A DNA stretch of 63,017 nucleotides, the filler included, from Aduncisulcus paluster (Eukaryota), in the NCBI GenBank assembly GCA_024181965.1. It is 5 parts of 5 records of this genome, joined end to end, with 100 filler letters (N's around TTAATTAATTAA, not from the genome) between each part and the next. Parts side by side here need not be neighbours in the genome. Positions count along the whole stretch, not along the records: positions 11,990 to 30,050 come from BQXS01010806.1; 4 more parts are not named here. One strand, 5' to 3'. The notes beneath the pieces were generated by a model. The model had not been told where the DNA came from and made no database searches. It was given only the letters and a program-made list of their open reading frames with translations. Position 1 is the first letter of the stretch, and every line of letters starts with the position of its first letter. Below, one piece after another: positions 13,759-22,981 of the stretch. A program made the position numbers and the translations under genes.

Positions 13759-15309
13759 ATGGAAAAATTGTATGAATTCCCAGAACAACCTAAAATAGAC
13801 TATTCTATTGTCCCCAAAGCCCCAAAACTCTATACTATCGTTCGTTCTAAGTTTATGCTTCCTATGACCGATAAATGCCCTGGAGTCGGAGAAGATGGAC
13901 GAATTTCAGATGGGTATATACTTAGTACTGCCGGAAAAATTGTGGAATGTGGAAAGTATTCTTCTGAGATTGGTGAGAGTATTTTGTCCAAATATGGTGA
14001 AGATCTTGAAATTGTTGGGGCCTCTGTGGAATCCCCTCGCACAATCCCCAAATTGGAAGGTATTCTTATGCCTGGTTTTGTGAAGGCTCACGGTCATGAT
14101 CATGAATCTCCTATTGTTGGTATCGCTAAAGATTGCCCTTTGACCGAATGGTTAGATCGTGCGGTGAATCCTTCTTGTGCATTTTATGACAAAGAAAGAA
14201 CTAAACTTACAGAGATGTTTGGCTGTTCCCCGAATCTCATAATTTATTTAAAAGCTCGTCTTGATGATCTTCAGCACGGAATTACAAGTGCCTTGACACA
14301 TCACTGCAATTTTAATAAGTATCGTGGAGGTGATCTTGTCCATGCTAATGTTCTTGCTGGTACAAAAATGATTGCTGCAATTGGTGCCCAGGATCGTTTA
14401 TATGACAAACGTATCCTTGATACTCCCGAAATTGCCGTGAAACGTATGGATACTTATGAATCTCTTTATGGAGATGCCCCGAGAACATCTATCATTCCTG
14501 GACCTGATCAACTCTTCTCTAATGGTCCAGAACTTCTCAAAGCCCTGAAAAAATGGTCAGTCGAAAAGAAACGTCTCATTCATATCCATAGCAGTGAAGA
14601 AAAGGGCACAACCGCAATGTTCAAGGGTAAATATAAGTGTACTCCAATTGAATACGCCGACAGCATTGGATTTCTTGATGAACATACCATGGTTGCCCAT
14701 CAAGTCCACTCTTCCACTCACGATGTCGAACTTTTGAGAGATCGTGGAGTTAAGGTGGTTCACAACTCTCTTGCAAACACGATTCTTGGCTCTGGAATGC
14801 CTGTGGTTCCTGAGATGAGGAAGGAAGGTATTCCAGTTGCTGTGTCAACTGATGGAAGTGGAAGTGCCGACTTCCAAAATATGATATGTGCAATGCGTAC
14901 ATGTGTTCAATATTTCCGTGGGCGTGACTGTGATGCTCGTCTCTTACCAGCCATGGAAGTTATCAAAATGAGTACAACCGTCCCTGCCGATATGTTGGGC
15001 TTTAATACCGGTCGCTTAGAAGCTGGAAGGGATGCTGATTGGATCGTTGTTGATGTTAGACCCGTTAATATGAACCCTACCCACCACAAGAATTTCGTTG
15101 AAAATATCGTTTGGGCTGCTGCTGGAAATGAGATTTCACATGTCATGGCGAATGGAGTTCTTCTTGTTGATGAATATAAATATGTAAACCTTCCATTTGA
15201 CCCCAAGGATGTTCTCAAGAAATTGAACAAGCTCGTTGAGATGTTGCTTGTATACATGGAATCCGATGAGGCCAAGAGACGTCAAACAGGTGAATATGGT
15301 GAGAAATAA
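13759..15309 (+). CDS. Metal-dependent amidohydrolase, ATZ/TRZ/SsnA-type (nucleoside/MTA-SAH deaminase-like)
   Basis: MPGFVKAHGH (HxH), HIHSSE (HxxE), VAHQVH, VVHN, STDG and GRLEAGRDAD motifs. First ATG is at 13759. Confidence 0.9.
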   Translation: MEKLYEFPEQPKIDYSIVPKAPKLYTIVRSKFMLPMTDKCPGVGEDGRISDGYILSTAGKIVECGKYSSEIGESILSKYGEDLEIVGASVESPRTIPKLEGILMPGFVKAHGHDHESPIVGIAKDCPLTEWLDRAVNPSCAFYDKERTKLTEMFGCSPNLIIYLKARLDDLQHGITSALTHHCNFNKYRGGDLVHANVLAGTKMIAAIGAQDRLYDKRILDTPEIAVKRMDTYESLYGDAPRTSIIPGPDQLFSNGPELLKALKKWSVEKKRLIHIHSSEEKGTTAMFKGKYKCTPIEYADSIGFLDEHTMVAHQVHSSTHDVELLRDRGVKVVHNSLANTILGSGMPVVPEMRKEGIPVAVSTDGSGSADFQNMICAMRTCVQYFRGRDCDARLLPAMEVIKMSTTVPADMLGFNTGRLEAGRDADWIVVDVRPVNMNPTHHKNFVENIVWAAAGNEISHVMANGVLLVDEYKYVNLPFDPKDVLKKLNKLVEMLLVYMESDEAKRRQTGEYGEK

Positions 15310-15582
15310 GATGACCCTGTTCCCATTGTCGTAGTACCATAAAAAAAAAACATCAGTCGCATTTGTAAATAAATGACAAATTCACAAATTATTCTGCAGA
15401 ATTACTGCATGATTAATGTACTCGGAGGAAATAACCCAATTATTCCTAAAAACACTTTTTAAGTGCCACTTTCTTGATTCAGTCTTTCTTGCATTCTATA
15501 ACTTAATATTGATTCTTTCTCTGCTAATTTGCTTTTTTTTTCTTTGTTTTTGATAGTTATTCAAATCTTACAATATAATTCC

Positions 15583-16030
15583 ATGCTAGAAAAGATTTCA
15601 TCATTTTTAACCGTATGTATTTGTAGAATATTCAATATTTTTGAATAATAACATTGATAATTTGAACTTACTATGATTATGTATTGTAATTGAATGTTAG
15701 AAACATAAAAGAGTGCTTATATCGGCTATCGTAGGAATTTCAGCTGCCTCAGCTGTTCATTCTTTAGAGACGAAGTTGAGCCATAAAATAATAACTGAAG
15801 AGTATATCCCTCGTCAATTTAGAGGTGATTTTGAATCAAAAATGTCTATGGGGGAAGCTTCGAAAATACTTGATATTCCAATATCTGCGTCGCAAAAAGA
15901 GATTCAATTTGCTCACAAGAAGCTTTTATTGATAAATCATCCAGATAAAGGTGGGTCCACTTTCCTGGCTACTAAAATTAATGAAGCCAAAGAAAAAATG
16001 GATAGAACAAAGGGTATAGTCATAAAGTAA
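15583..16030 (+). CDS. PAM18: Pam18/Tim14 J-protein of the mitochondrial import motor; exons 15583-15612 and 15701-16030 (119 aa)
   Basis: FESKMSMGEASKILDI...HKKLLLINHPDKGGSTFLATKINEAKE is the Pam18 J-domain signature. An 88-nt GTATGT...TTAG intron (15613-15700) joins MLEKISSFLT in frame to KHKRVLISAIVGISAA (hydrophobic anchor). Confidence 0.9.
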
Positions 16031-16210
16031 AATTATATTCATTCTCTTTGATTGAAATTTTGAAAATTATGATCGCTTTTAAATTGTTTGAGAAGGTATT
16101 TAATGGAAATGGAATTTTTCAAATTTTCTTCTTCGAATTTCTTGCAGTTCAACCAAACCACACATAATTTATTCGTGTCTAGGAGGAACTTTAACCAACA
16201 AATATACATA

Positions 16211-17467
16211 ATGGATCACGAATTTGATGAATATGTTACTCCTGTTCCTGGTGTTGGAACTTATGATTTAGGTACAACTATTGGTCGTTCACCTGCCTAT
16301 ACTCTGAAAGGGGGTAGAAGATTAGGAAAAAATCAACTTACACCTGGGCCTGGTACCTATGAACCCTCACCTGCAGCTGGAAGAGGTCCATCCTACACCT
16401 TGAAGCCTAAATTAAAGGAAAGAGGTGCTGGAAATGATACTCCTGGTCCAGCCACTTATAGTCTCGAACAAAATCTTTCTGCTACCGCCCCATCCTTCAG
16501 TTTTAAAGGAATTGCAAAGAAAGATGCAAAATCATCCTCAATTGGTCCCGGAGCGTATGATAATCACCTTTATGGAGCATTAGACCAGAGTTCCCGTGGA
16601 TTTTCTATGAAAGCAAGAACTGATGTACGTCATGGTGATTTGGATAGTCCTGGACCTGGTGCTTACAGGCCCCATTCAAGTTCTGATAGAAGAGCCCCAT
16701 GTTACTCTATGGGAGGCGTTGAACGTGGAAAAGCCCCTGCTAAATCCCTTATTGGCCCCGGTTCTTACAAGATTTCATCTGAAATTGGTCGTTCCACAGT
16801 TGTGAGTATTAAGTCCATTCCTCACCATGAGAAATATAGTGACACTCCTGGTGTTGGAACATATGGTACTTCTGATAGTCCTGGAAAGGGAAAAGGACCT
16901 GCTTATTCATTTGGAGGCGTAAAGAAAACCAAATCAACTTGGTCCACTCCTGGGCCCAATCAATACGAGATTGAAAGGCCAAGAACTTCTGGAAAAACTG
17001 GTTTCTCCATCAAAGGTCGTGTATCCTCTAAAAAGGGTGGTGAAGGTGTTCCCGGTCCTGCCATGTACAGCCTTGATAGTAGTCTCACTCAGACAAAGAG
17101 AAAACCCCCAGCATATCGTATGGGTGGTGTTGAACGTGGTTTGTACCGCACAAATACTAACCCTGGTCCTGGAACCTATGGCACTCAATCCTATGGAAGT
17201 ATTTCCAAAGAAACTGGCCGTGGTTTCACCTTCAAGCCAAAGATTGGCTCCAAAATGAAATCTGAGACTCCAGGAGTTGGAACTTACTCTCCAACAGGAA
17301 ATAGACTCAGCAAAACCGCTCCATCTTACACATTTGGTGGAATTTCCTCAAGAAAATCTAAAGGGGGCAATCCTGGTCCTGGTACGTATGATATCGGAAA
17401 ACCTATTGGCAGAGGACAAGGCCAAATCACAATCAAGAGTAAGACCAAGAGAAGACTTCGCTGGTAA
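16211..17467 (+). CDS. SHIPPO-repeat (ODF3/CIMAP1-like) ciliary protein
   Basis: About 12 PGPGxY-type repeats, each followed by a P(A/S)Y(S/T)-like motif. ATG at 16211 follows an AT-rich leader. Confidence 0.88.
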   Translation: MDHEFDEYVTPVPGVGTYDLGTTIGRSPAYTLKGGRRLGKNQLTPGPGTYEPSPAAGRGPSYTLKPKLKERGAGNDTPGPATYSLEQNLSATAPSFSFKGIAKKDAKSSSIGPGAYDNHLYGALDQSSRGFSMKARTDVRHGDLDSPGPGAYRPHSSSDRRAPCYSMGGVERGKAPAKSLIGPGSYKISSEIGRSTVVSIKSIPHHEKYSDTPGVGTYGTSDSPGKGKGPAYSFGGVKKTKSTWSTPGPNQYEIERPRTSGKTGFSIKGRVSSKKGGEGVPGPAMYSLDSSLTQTKRKPPAYRMGGVERGLYRTNTNPGPGTYGTQSYGSISKETGRGFTFKPKIGSKMKSETPGVGTYSPTGNRLSKTAPSYTFGGISSRKSKGGNPGPGTYDIGKPIGRGQGQITIKSKTKRRLRW

Positions 17468-17928
17468 TATCATGATCTTCCTCTGTTAATGGTACCTTAT
17501 TGAAATTGTGTACCAATGTACTTTTCCAATATTATAACGTTGATGTATCATTCTCCAAGATGAAATATTTTTCTGATTTGTCAAGACAATTTTTGGAGGT
17601 CCGATGAAGAAATAAAATCTTAATAACTTATTTTTCCTTGAGTTCTCGAAACATTTTTATAAAATGAGGCTTAACTGATAATATATATCTCTACCTCAAT
17701 ATAGCAAATTTGTATTAATTTCGCATGATAAAACGTGATTGTGTGTCTAGAAGTAATGAGTAAGATTTCAATTTTGAAACCTGCTTTATTTGATCATATG
17801 AATAAATATTAAAACTTATAATCCCTATTAAAGTTTCTAGGATGTTTATTAAGGAAATCAAATTCTCATTTCTAAAAATAGATTTTTTTCTTTTTCTTTG
17901 ATTGTATCTTATTTTGGATTCAGTAGTA

Positions 17929-18822
17929 ATGGTGTTTACTAGGGTTATTAAATCTAAAGGTTATTTCAAGAGGTACCAAACCCAATTCCGTCGTAGATTT
18001 GAGGGTAAGACTGATTATCAGCAACGTCGTGCTATGATCGTTCAAGACAAGGATAAGTATGGTTCCCCTAAGTACCGTTTTGTTGTTAGAATCACCAACA
18101 AGGATATTATCTGCCAGGTTGTTTACTCTGAGATCGAAGGTGACCGTGTTCTCGCTGCCGCCTACGCTCATGAACTTCCTCGTTATGGTATCCCCGTCGG
18201 TTTGACTAACTACCCTGCTGCTTACGCTACTGGTCTCCTCCTCGCCCGTCGTCTTCTTAAGAAGGTAGGTCTTGATAAGGATTACGCTGGTGTCGAGGAT
18301 GTTGATGGTAAGGAATACCACGTTGAGCCTGAAGGTGAACGTCGTCCTTTCAAGTGTCACCTTGATATTGGTCTTCGTCGTTCTACTACCGGTGCTCGTG
18401 TCTTTGGTGCTCTTAAGGGTGCTGTTGATGGTGGTTTGAACATTCCTCACTCTGTTAAACGTTTCCCCGGTTTCTCTAGAGATGAAGAAGAACACAAGAA
18501 GACCACTTACGATGCTGAGGCTCACTGTGCTCGTATCTTTGGTGCCGATATTGCTGAGTACATGACTACTCTCAAGGAAGAGGAGCCCGAGAAGTACCAG
18601 AAGAAGTTCTCCAACTACATCAAGGCTAACATTGAGGCTGAGAACCTTGAGTCTATGTACGAGGAAGCTCATGAGGCTATCAGGAAGAACCCCGAAGCTC
18701 TCCCCAAGAAGACCTACGAGGGTAAGCCCAAGTCTTACAAGACCCCCAAGATCACCGCTGCCGAGAGAAAGGCTCGTGTCATTGCCAAGAAACAAGCTTT
18801 GATCATGGAATTGTCTCAGTAA
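17929..18822 (+). CDS. RPL5: 60S ribosomal protein L5 (uL18)
   Basis: [47 protein letters not shown] and [18 protein letters not shown]. Confidence 0.98.
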   Translation: MVFTRVIKSKGYFKRYQTQFRRRFEGKTDYQQRRAMIVQDKDKYGSPKYRFVVRITNKDIICQVVYSEIEGDRVLAAAYAHELPRYGIPVGLTNYPAAYATGLLLARRLLKKVGLDKDYAGVEDVDGKEYHVEPEGERRPFKCHLDIGLRRSTTGARVFGALKGAVDGGLNIPHSVKRFPGFSRDEEEHKKTTYDAEAHCARIFGADIAEYMTTLKEEEPEKYQKKFSNYIKANIEAENLESMYEEAHEAIRKNPEALPKKTYEGKPKSYKTPKITAAERKARVIAKKQALIMELSQ

Positions 18823-19033
18823 ATCCGTCAGTAGATGTTCAACATCATAAGTTATGAAATTGTTCTCTGTTTTAGAATTTCATTTTGCGTTTCGGTTTGT
18901 ATTTTAATATATCGTTGTTAATTTAAGCTAATTTATAAGTCACTGATTTATTTCAAAGATAGAAACTACTAGTTTGTAATCACGACAAGATGGCGGCCGT
19001 CAACAATCACCGTTTTCTCCTGGATCATCAGAG

Positions 19034-20557
19034 ATGGGTGATATTTCTCCATTTATTTCAACTATTTCCGGCATATGGGATAAAATTAAGTCCAATCCCT
19101 TCGCTATACCTGTTCCTGAAGTGATGAATATTCTTGAAAAGTCTTTTTATGCTGTTGGGGCTGAACCTGCGTTAAAACCCATTAAATTTAATGATGAAAC
19201 TGACCAAGTAATGATTTTTGGAGATATTCATGGAAAGTTTAATCCAATAGCTTCCGTAATTGAGCAGCAGTTTTTTTCAGATCCTAGAAACAAGCATATC
19301 GTGTTTCTTGGTGATTATGTTGATCGAGGATCACAATCCTTTGAAACATTATTTGGTCTTCTTCTGCTGAAGTTACTTTTCCCAACTCAAGTTACTCTTC
19401 TTCGTGGGAATCATGAGTGCATGTCTCAAGGGTTCAGAATGGAAGGATATCCACACACAATAGTCCATCAAATAGCAATTGCTACCGGAGTATATGATAA
19501 AACAATGAAAAATCCCCCAATATCACACAAAGAAGCAGCTGCTCTTTTGGGTGGAATGTTTTCTTGTTGTCTTGCCATGCCTGTTGCAGCTTCTCTTTCT
19601 CAATTCCATGAAACTCCATCCGCCAAGGATCCAAATAATATATTAGCCTCGAAAAATCCCGATGTATCTATCTTTTTGTGTCATGGTGGAATTCCCTCCA
19701 TCTGTTCTGACCTTTTGGGGCTCTCTCCGTCCTATTCTCACAAAGATAGGGAGGAAAGAATCAAGGATATGGCCCATTATGTTGCCAGCAATGAAGCTGT
19801 TCAGTATGCTAATGGTCTTTCACAAGCCAGAAAAGAGAAGGAGGAATATTTAAAGAAACAGGATGAAGCGGATGCAAAAGTTGGAGGAGGAGATAGAAAT
19901 AGAGAGGTGACAGATGATAAAGATAAATCAATGGATTCGGCCTCAGAAACGGAGGTGGTGGAAGAACTTCCTTCTGAAGCTTTTGAAAGAGTTTATAATG
20001 AAGAGAAAGACAAGAAATTCAAGCTATTTTCAAGAGCAATTAATGAATTATCATGTCTTATCCACGAAAAGGCACCTCCCATTGTGTCACAGTCATCATA
20101 CAGCGGATTAATGTGGAATGATCCCACTGATGCTACTTCTCTTGGTGATTTGAGCAATCCTCAGAAATATACGAAAATAGATCTTGAGAAAGAAGCCACT
20201 GGAATGTTACTAATGCCTTCACCTCGAGGTGATGGATGCCATCTCTTCACTAAATCTATGACCAGACGATTCAATGAGGCTTATTCAATGAGTGGAATTA
20301 TTAGGGCGCATCAGGCTATTCCAAGTGGATTTGGAGTCCATCACGGTGGTGATGTCGCTACAGTCTTCTCTTCTCCTGCTTATCGTGCTCCCTCTGACGT
20401 TGCTTCATATCTCATCGCTTCTCCAAGTGAAAGGGGGATATTAGTCGATGTTAAACGGTTTGGGAATGGTGGAATGGATGTTAATGATAAATCTGGAGAT
20501 ATTTCACGGATCATATTTACTCCTGATCTTTGCGATAATATCGTAGAAATAAAATAA
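19034..20557 (+). CDS. PPP-family Ser/Thr protein phosphatase with a charged insertion
   Basis: GDIHG, GDYVDRG, LRGNHE, HGG, MWNDP, RAHQ and TVFSSPAY motifs. Confidence 0.93.
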   Translation: MGDISPFISTISGIWDKIKSNPFAIPVPEVMNILEKSFYAVGAEPALKPIKFNDETDQVMIFGDIHGKFNPIASVIEQQFFSDPRNKHIVFLGDYVDRGSQSFETLFGLLLLKLLFPTQVTLLRGNHECMSQGFRMEGYPHTIVHQIAIATGVYDKTMKNPPISHKEAAALLGGMFSCCLAMPVAASLSQFHETPSAKDPNNILASKNPDVSIFLCHGGIPSICSDLLGLSPSYSHKDREERIKDMAHYVASNEAVQYANGLSQARKEKEEYLKKQDEADAKVGGGDRNREVTDDKDKSMDSASETEVVEELPSEAFERVYNEEKDKKFKLFSRAINELSCLIHEKAPPIVSQSSYSGLMWNDPTDATSLGDLSNPQKYTKIDLEKEATGMLLMPSPRGDGCHLFTKSMTRRFNEAYSMSGIIRAHQAIPSGFGVHHGGDVATVFSSPAYRAPSDVASYLIASPSERGILVDVKRFGNGGMDVNDKSGDISRIIFTPDLCDNIVEIK

Positions 20558-20572
20558 TTCATTTATGAAAAA

Positions 20573-21032
20573 AAAATTCATTTATATTTATTTTTTAGTG
20601 ATTTTAAATGATTTCACTCTCAAAAATGGCTTTTCACCTATTCCCTTTGAGCGAATGTTAATTTCGACGTCTTTGCATTTAATATTCCATCCGTCCCACC
20701 CTTTTTGTGTAACATTAAGACACCACATGTCCATTTGCCTTAAATAAGGGACAAAAAATATTGAGGTTGAACAGAAAATGAAAGAATCCTTTNNNNNNNN
20801 NNNNNNNNNNNNAAAATTCATTTATATTTATTTTTTAGTGATTTTAAATGATTTCACTCTCAAAAATGGCTTTTCACCTATTCCCTTTGAGCGAATGTTA
20901 ATTTCGACGTCTTTGCATTTAATATTCCATCCGTCCCACCCTTTTTGTGTAACATTAAGACACCACATGTCCATTTGCCTTAAATAAGGGACAAAAAATA
21001 TTGAGGTTGAACAGAAAATGAAAGAATCCTTT
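20573..21032. repeat. 220-nt exact duplication across a 20-N gap (assembly overlap artefact)
   Basis: 20573-20792 is identical to 20813-21032, separated by Ns at 20793-20812. Confidence 0.9.
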
Positions 21033-21475
21033 CCAGCCATTCCAAATATTAAACCAAGAGTTTGAATAAATTTAGAACGAGGTATATTAGCTAATGCTTC
21101 TTCTAGACCAATAAATCCAATAACAGATTTCATCATGGCCCGAATCTCAACAACACATTTAAAAAATGATATGGCGTCATCAAATAAAAATAGTTTTATG
21201 CCATCTATCTTCGATTTTAACGATTCGTTAATTGGACAATCAAGTTTGAGAACTTTTATATCTTCTTTATATGCAATAACAATACCAGGAAGGTGGAAAT
21301 AATTTGCCGCATTAACCACAGATGCCAAAATAAGATGTGACAAAAAAGGATATAATTTTTGTTTATGGCAAAAAACTACTTTGTTTGTAGGAAATCGAAT
21401 GTCAATTAAGTCCTTCTGAGCTTGTTTTTCATAATCATCAGTTCCCCATATTGAAAAGGAGGGAGAATACCACAT
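20828..21475 (-). CDS. Hypothetical protein (215 aa)
   Basis: ATG-initiated ORF in AT-rich DNA with a globular alpha/beta-like composition. No motif recognised. Confidence 0.6.
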   Translation of the reverse strand: MWYSPSFSIWGTDDYEKQAQKDLIDIRFPTNKVVFCHKQKLYPFLSHLILASVVNAANYFHLPGIVIAYKEDIKVLKLDCPINESLKSKIDGIKLFLFDDAISFFKCVVEIRAMMKSVIGFIGLEEALANIPRSKFIQTLGLIFGMAGKDSFIFCSTSIFFVPYLRQMDMWCLNVTQKGWDGWNIKCKDVEINIRSKGIGEKPFLRVKSFKITKK

Positions 21476-21795
21476 AAATCGAAAATATTCACAAAAAAGT
21501 GAAAATTAATTAAATAAAGTTATAATGAAAAATTCGGAATAACTTGTGCGGTCAAGAAAAGGCTTTGTTCTTAAAAACTTCGAAGGTTCTCTTTCACTTT
21601 ATACGCACAATTTTATTATGAATAAATGGTAATGATATATGCAAAACTTATGCGAAAATTCTTCAAAGATGACAACAAACTCGCCTAGCTGACGAATCTC
21701 AAAATCTTCCTGAAGACATCATTTAATATGTCCCAATATTACTTTTTTGATGTATCAGAATAATAATATGATTTCAAATGGAAATTATAATTAAT

Positions 21796-22479
21796 CTACA
21801 CTTTCCTCCTTATCAAATGATCAAATATTACACATTGTGTATATTCAAAAGTAGTAATCTGAATTCGTCTTGTATTGTCTCCTGGTGGTGCTGAAGGATT
21901 TACATTTATAATTTTACGGTCCCTTTTACATTTGAACAATAATCCTTCCTCATTGTCAGCAATAATTTCGAAATTAGGAGATGATGAACATGAACAGTAC
22001 TGAGATTCCCAATTATAGAATGATAAATCTGATGGTCTTGGAAGAAGACGCTTTTTACGATCAAAATAAAGAGAGAAATCCTCGGTATTCAACCTTAAAG
22101 AATAATCGATATATCCACTGACTTCTTGTCCTCTATGATTCTTATCACGAACAAATATGATACAACAAAACTTTCCAGATCTAACCATTTCTTCTCGCTT
22201 TGCTAATTCCATTAAAAAGGGATAGTTATCTAAATCAGCCTTCCCTGATGAGGCTAGTGAATCTCTTGGCTGAGTTATTTTAGTAAGCAAACTTTCTCTG
22301 GCTTTTTTCTTTCTATCTTCAAATTCTTCTCTGGATGGCAACTCACCACGACCACGATATCCTAATTCAACTAATTGGCGAGCTTTTGCAAGATCTCCGA
22401 GATAAAACAGGTCGATATCACGGACTTGTGCATCTATAAAGGCGTCATATGTTGGAAATTTTGTTAAATCGTCTCCCAT
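21796..22479 (-). CDS. CFAP299: Cilia- and flagella-associated protein 299 (C4orf22/DUF4464 family)
   Basis: FPTYDAFID..DLFYLGDLAKARQLVELGYRGRGE, GQEVSGYIDY, LLPRPSDLSFYNWE and KCKRDRKIINVNP match the family. Confidence 0.9.
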   Translation of the reverse strand: MGDDLTKFPTYDAFIDAQVRDIDLFYLGDLAKARQLVELGYRGRGELPSREEFEDRKKKARESLLTKITQPRDSLASSGKADLDNYPFLMELAKREEMVRSGKFCCIIFVRDKNHRGQEVSGYIDYSLRLNTEDFSLYFDRKKRLLPRPSDLSFYNWESQYCSCSSSPNFEIIADNEEGLLFKCKRDRKIINVNPSAPPGDNTRRIQITTFEYTQCVIFDHLIRRKV

Positions 22480-22981
22480 TGTGATCAAATGTCAAGAAAA
22501 ATTGGAAAATAGTAAAATATCCCGTTCTTTACAATATTTATCAAGTGGATATGGAGATTTTATTTATAAAATGGGAATAACAATGTTTAATGCCTTTTCT
22601 ATCCTTGTAAATTTAGTCAAAGTCTCTGTGTGTTCAACACATCATGTAAGTGGAATTGTAAGTCACTTCACAATGATTGGGATGCACAATTAACAAAAAT
22701 TGGAATAAAAGAATGTGAAAAACTTATAAACAATAAAAAACTGTTATTGAAATAAGAAAAAACAACATTCTTAAAAAGAACATAAACACTGTCCACGAGA
22801 AGAAAAGGTCCCCTTATTTTGGTGGGAACGATGAAAAGTGTTGTTATCGCTCGTTAATATTGTTTTATGGTGTAGATAAAGGCACGAAAGGATCCCACCT
22901 CCGAGGTGTCGTGATCAAGTCACTACAATATCTTGGGTCTGACTTACGCCGAAAAACGCCAGCCTGACAATAACGTCAGAG

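Noticed and set aside
20573-21032. Tandem 220-nt duplication
   Set aside because: Exact copies flank a 20-N gap, indicating unmerged contig overlap.
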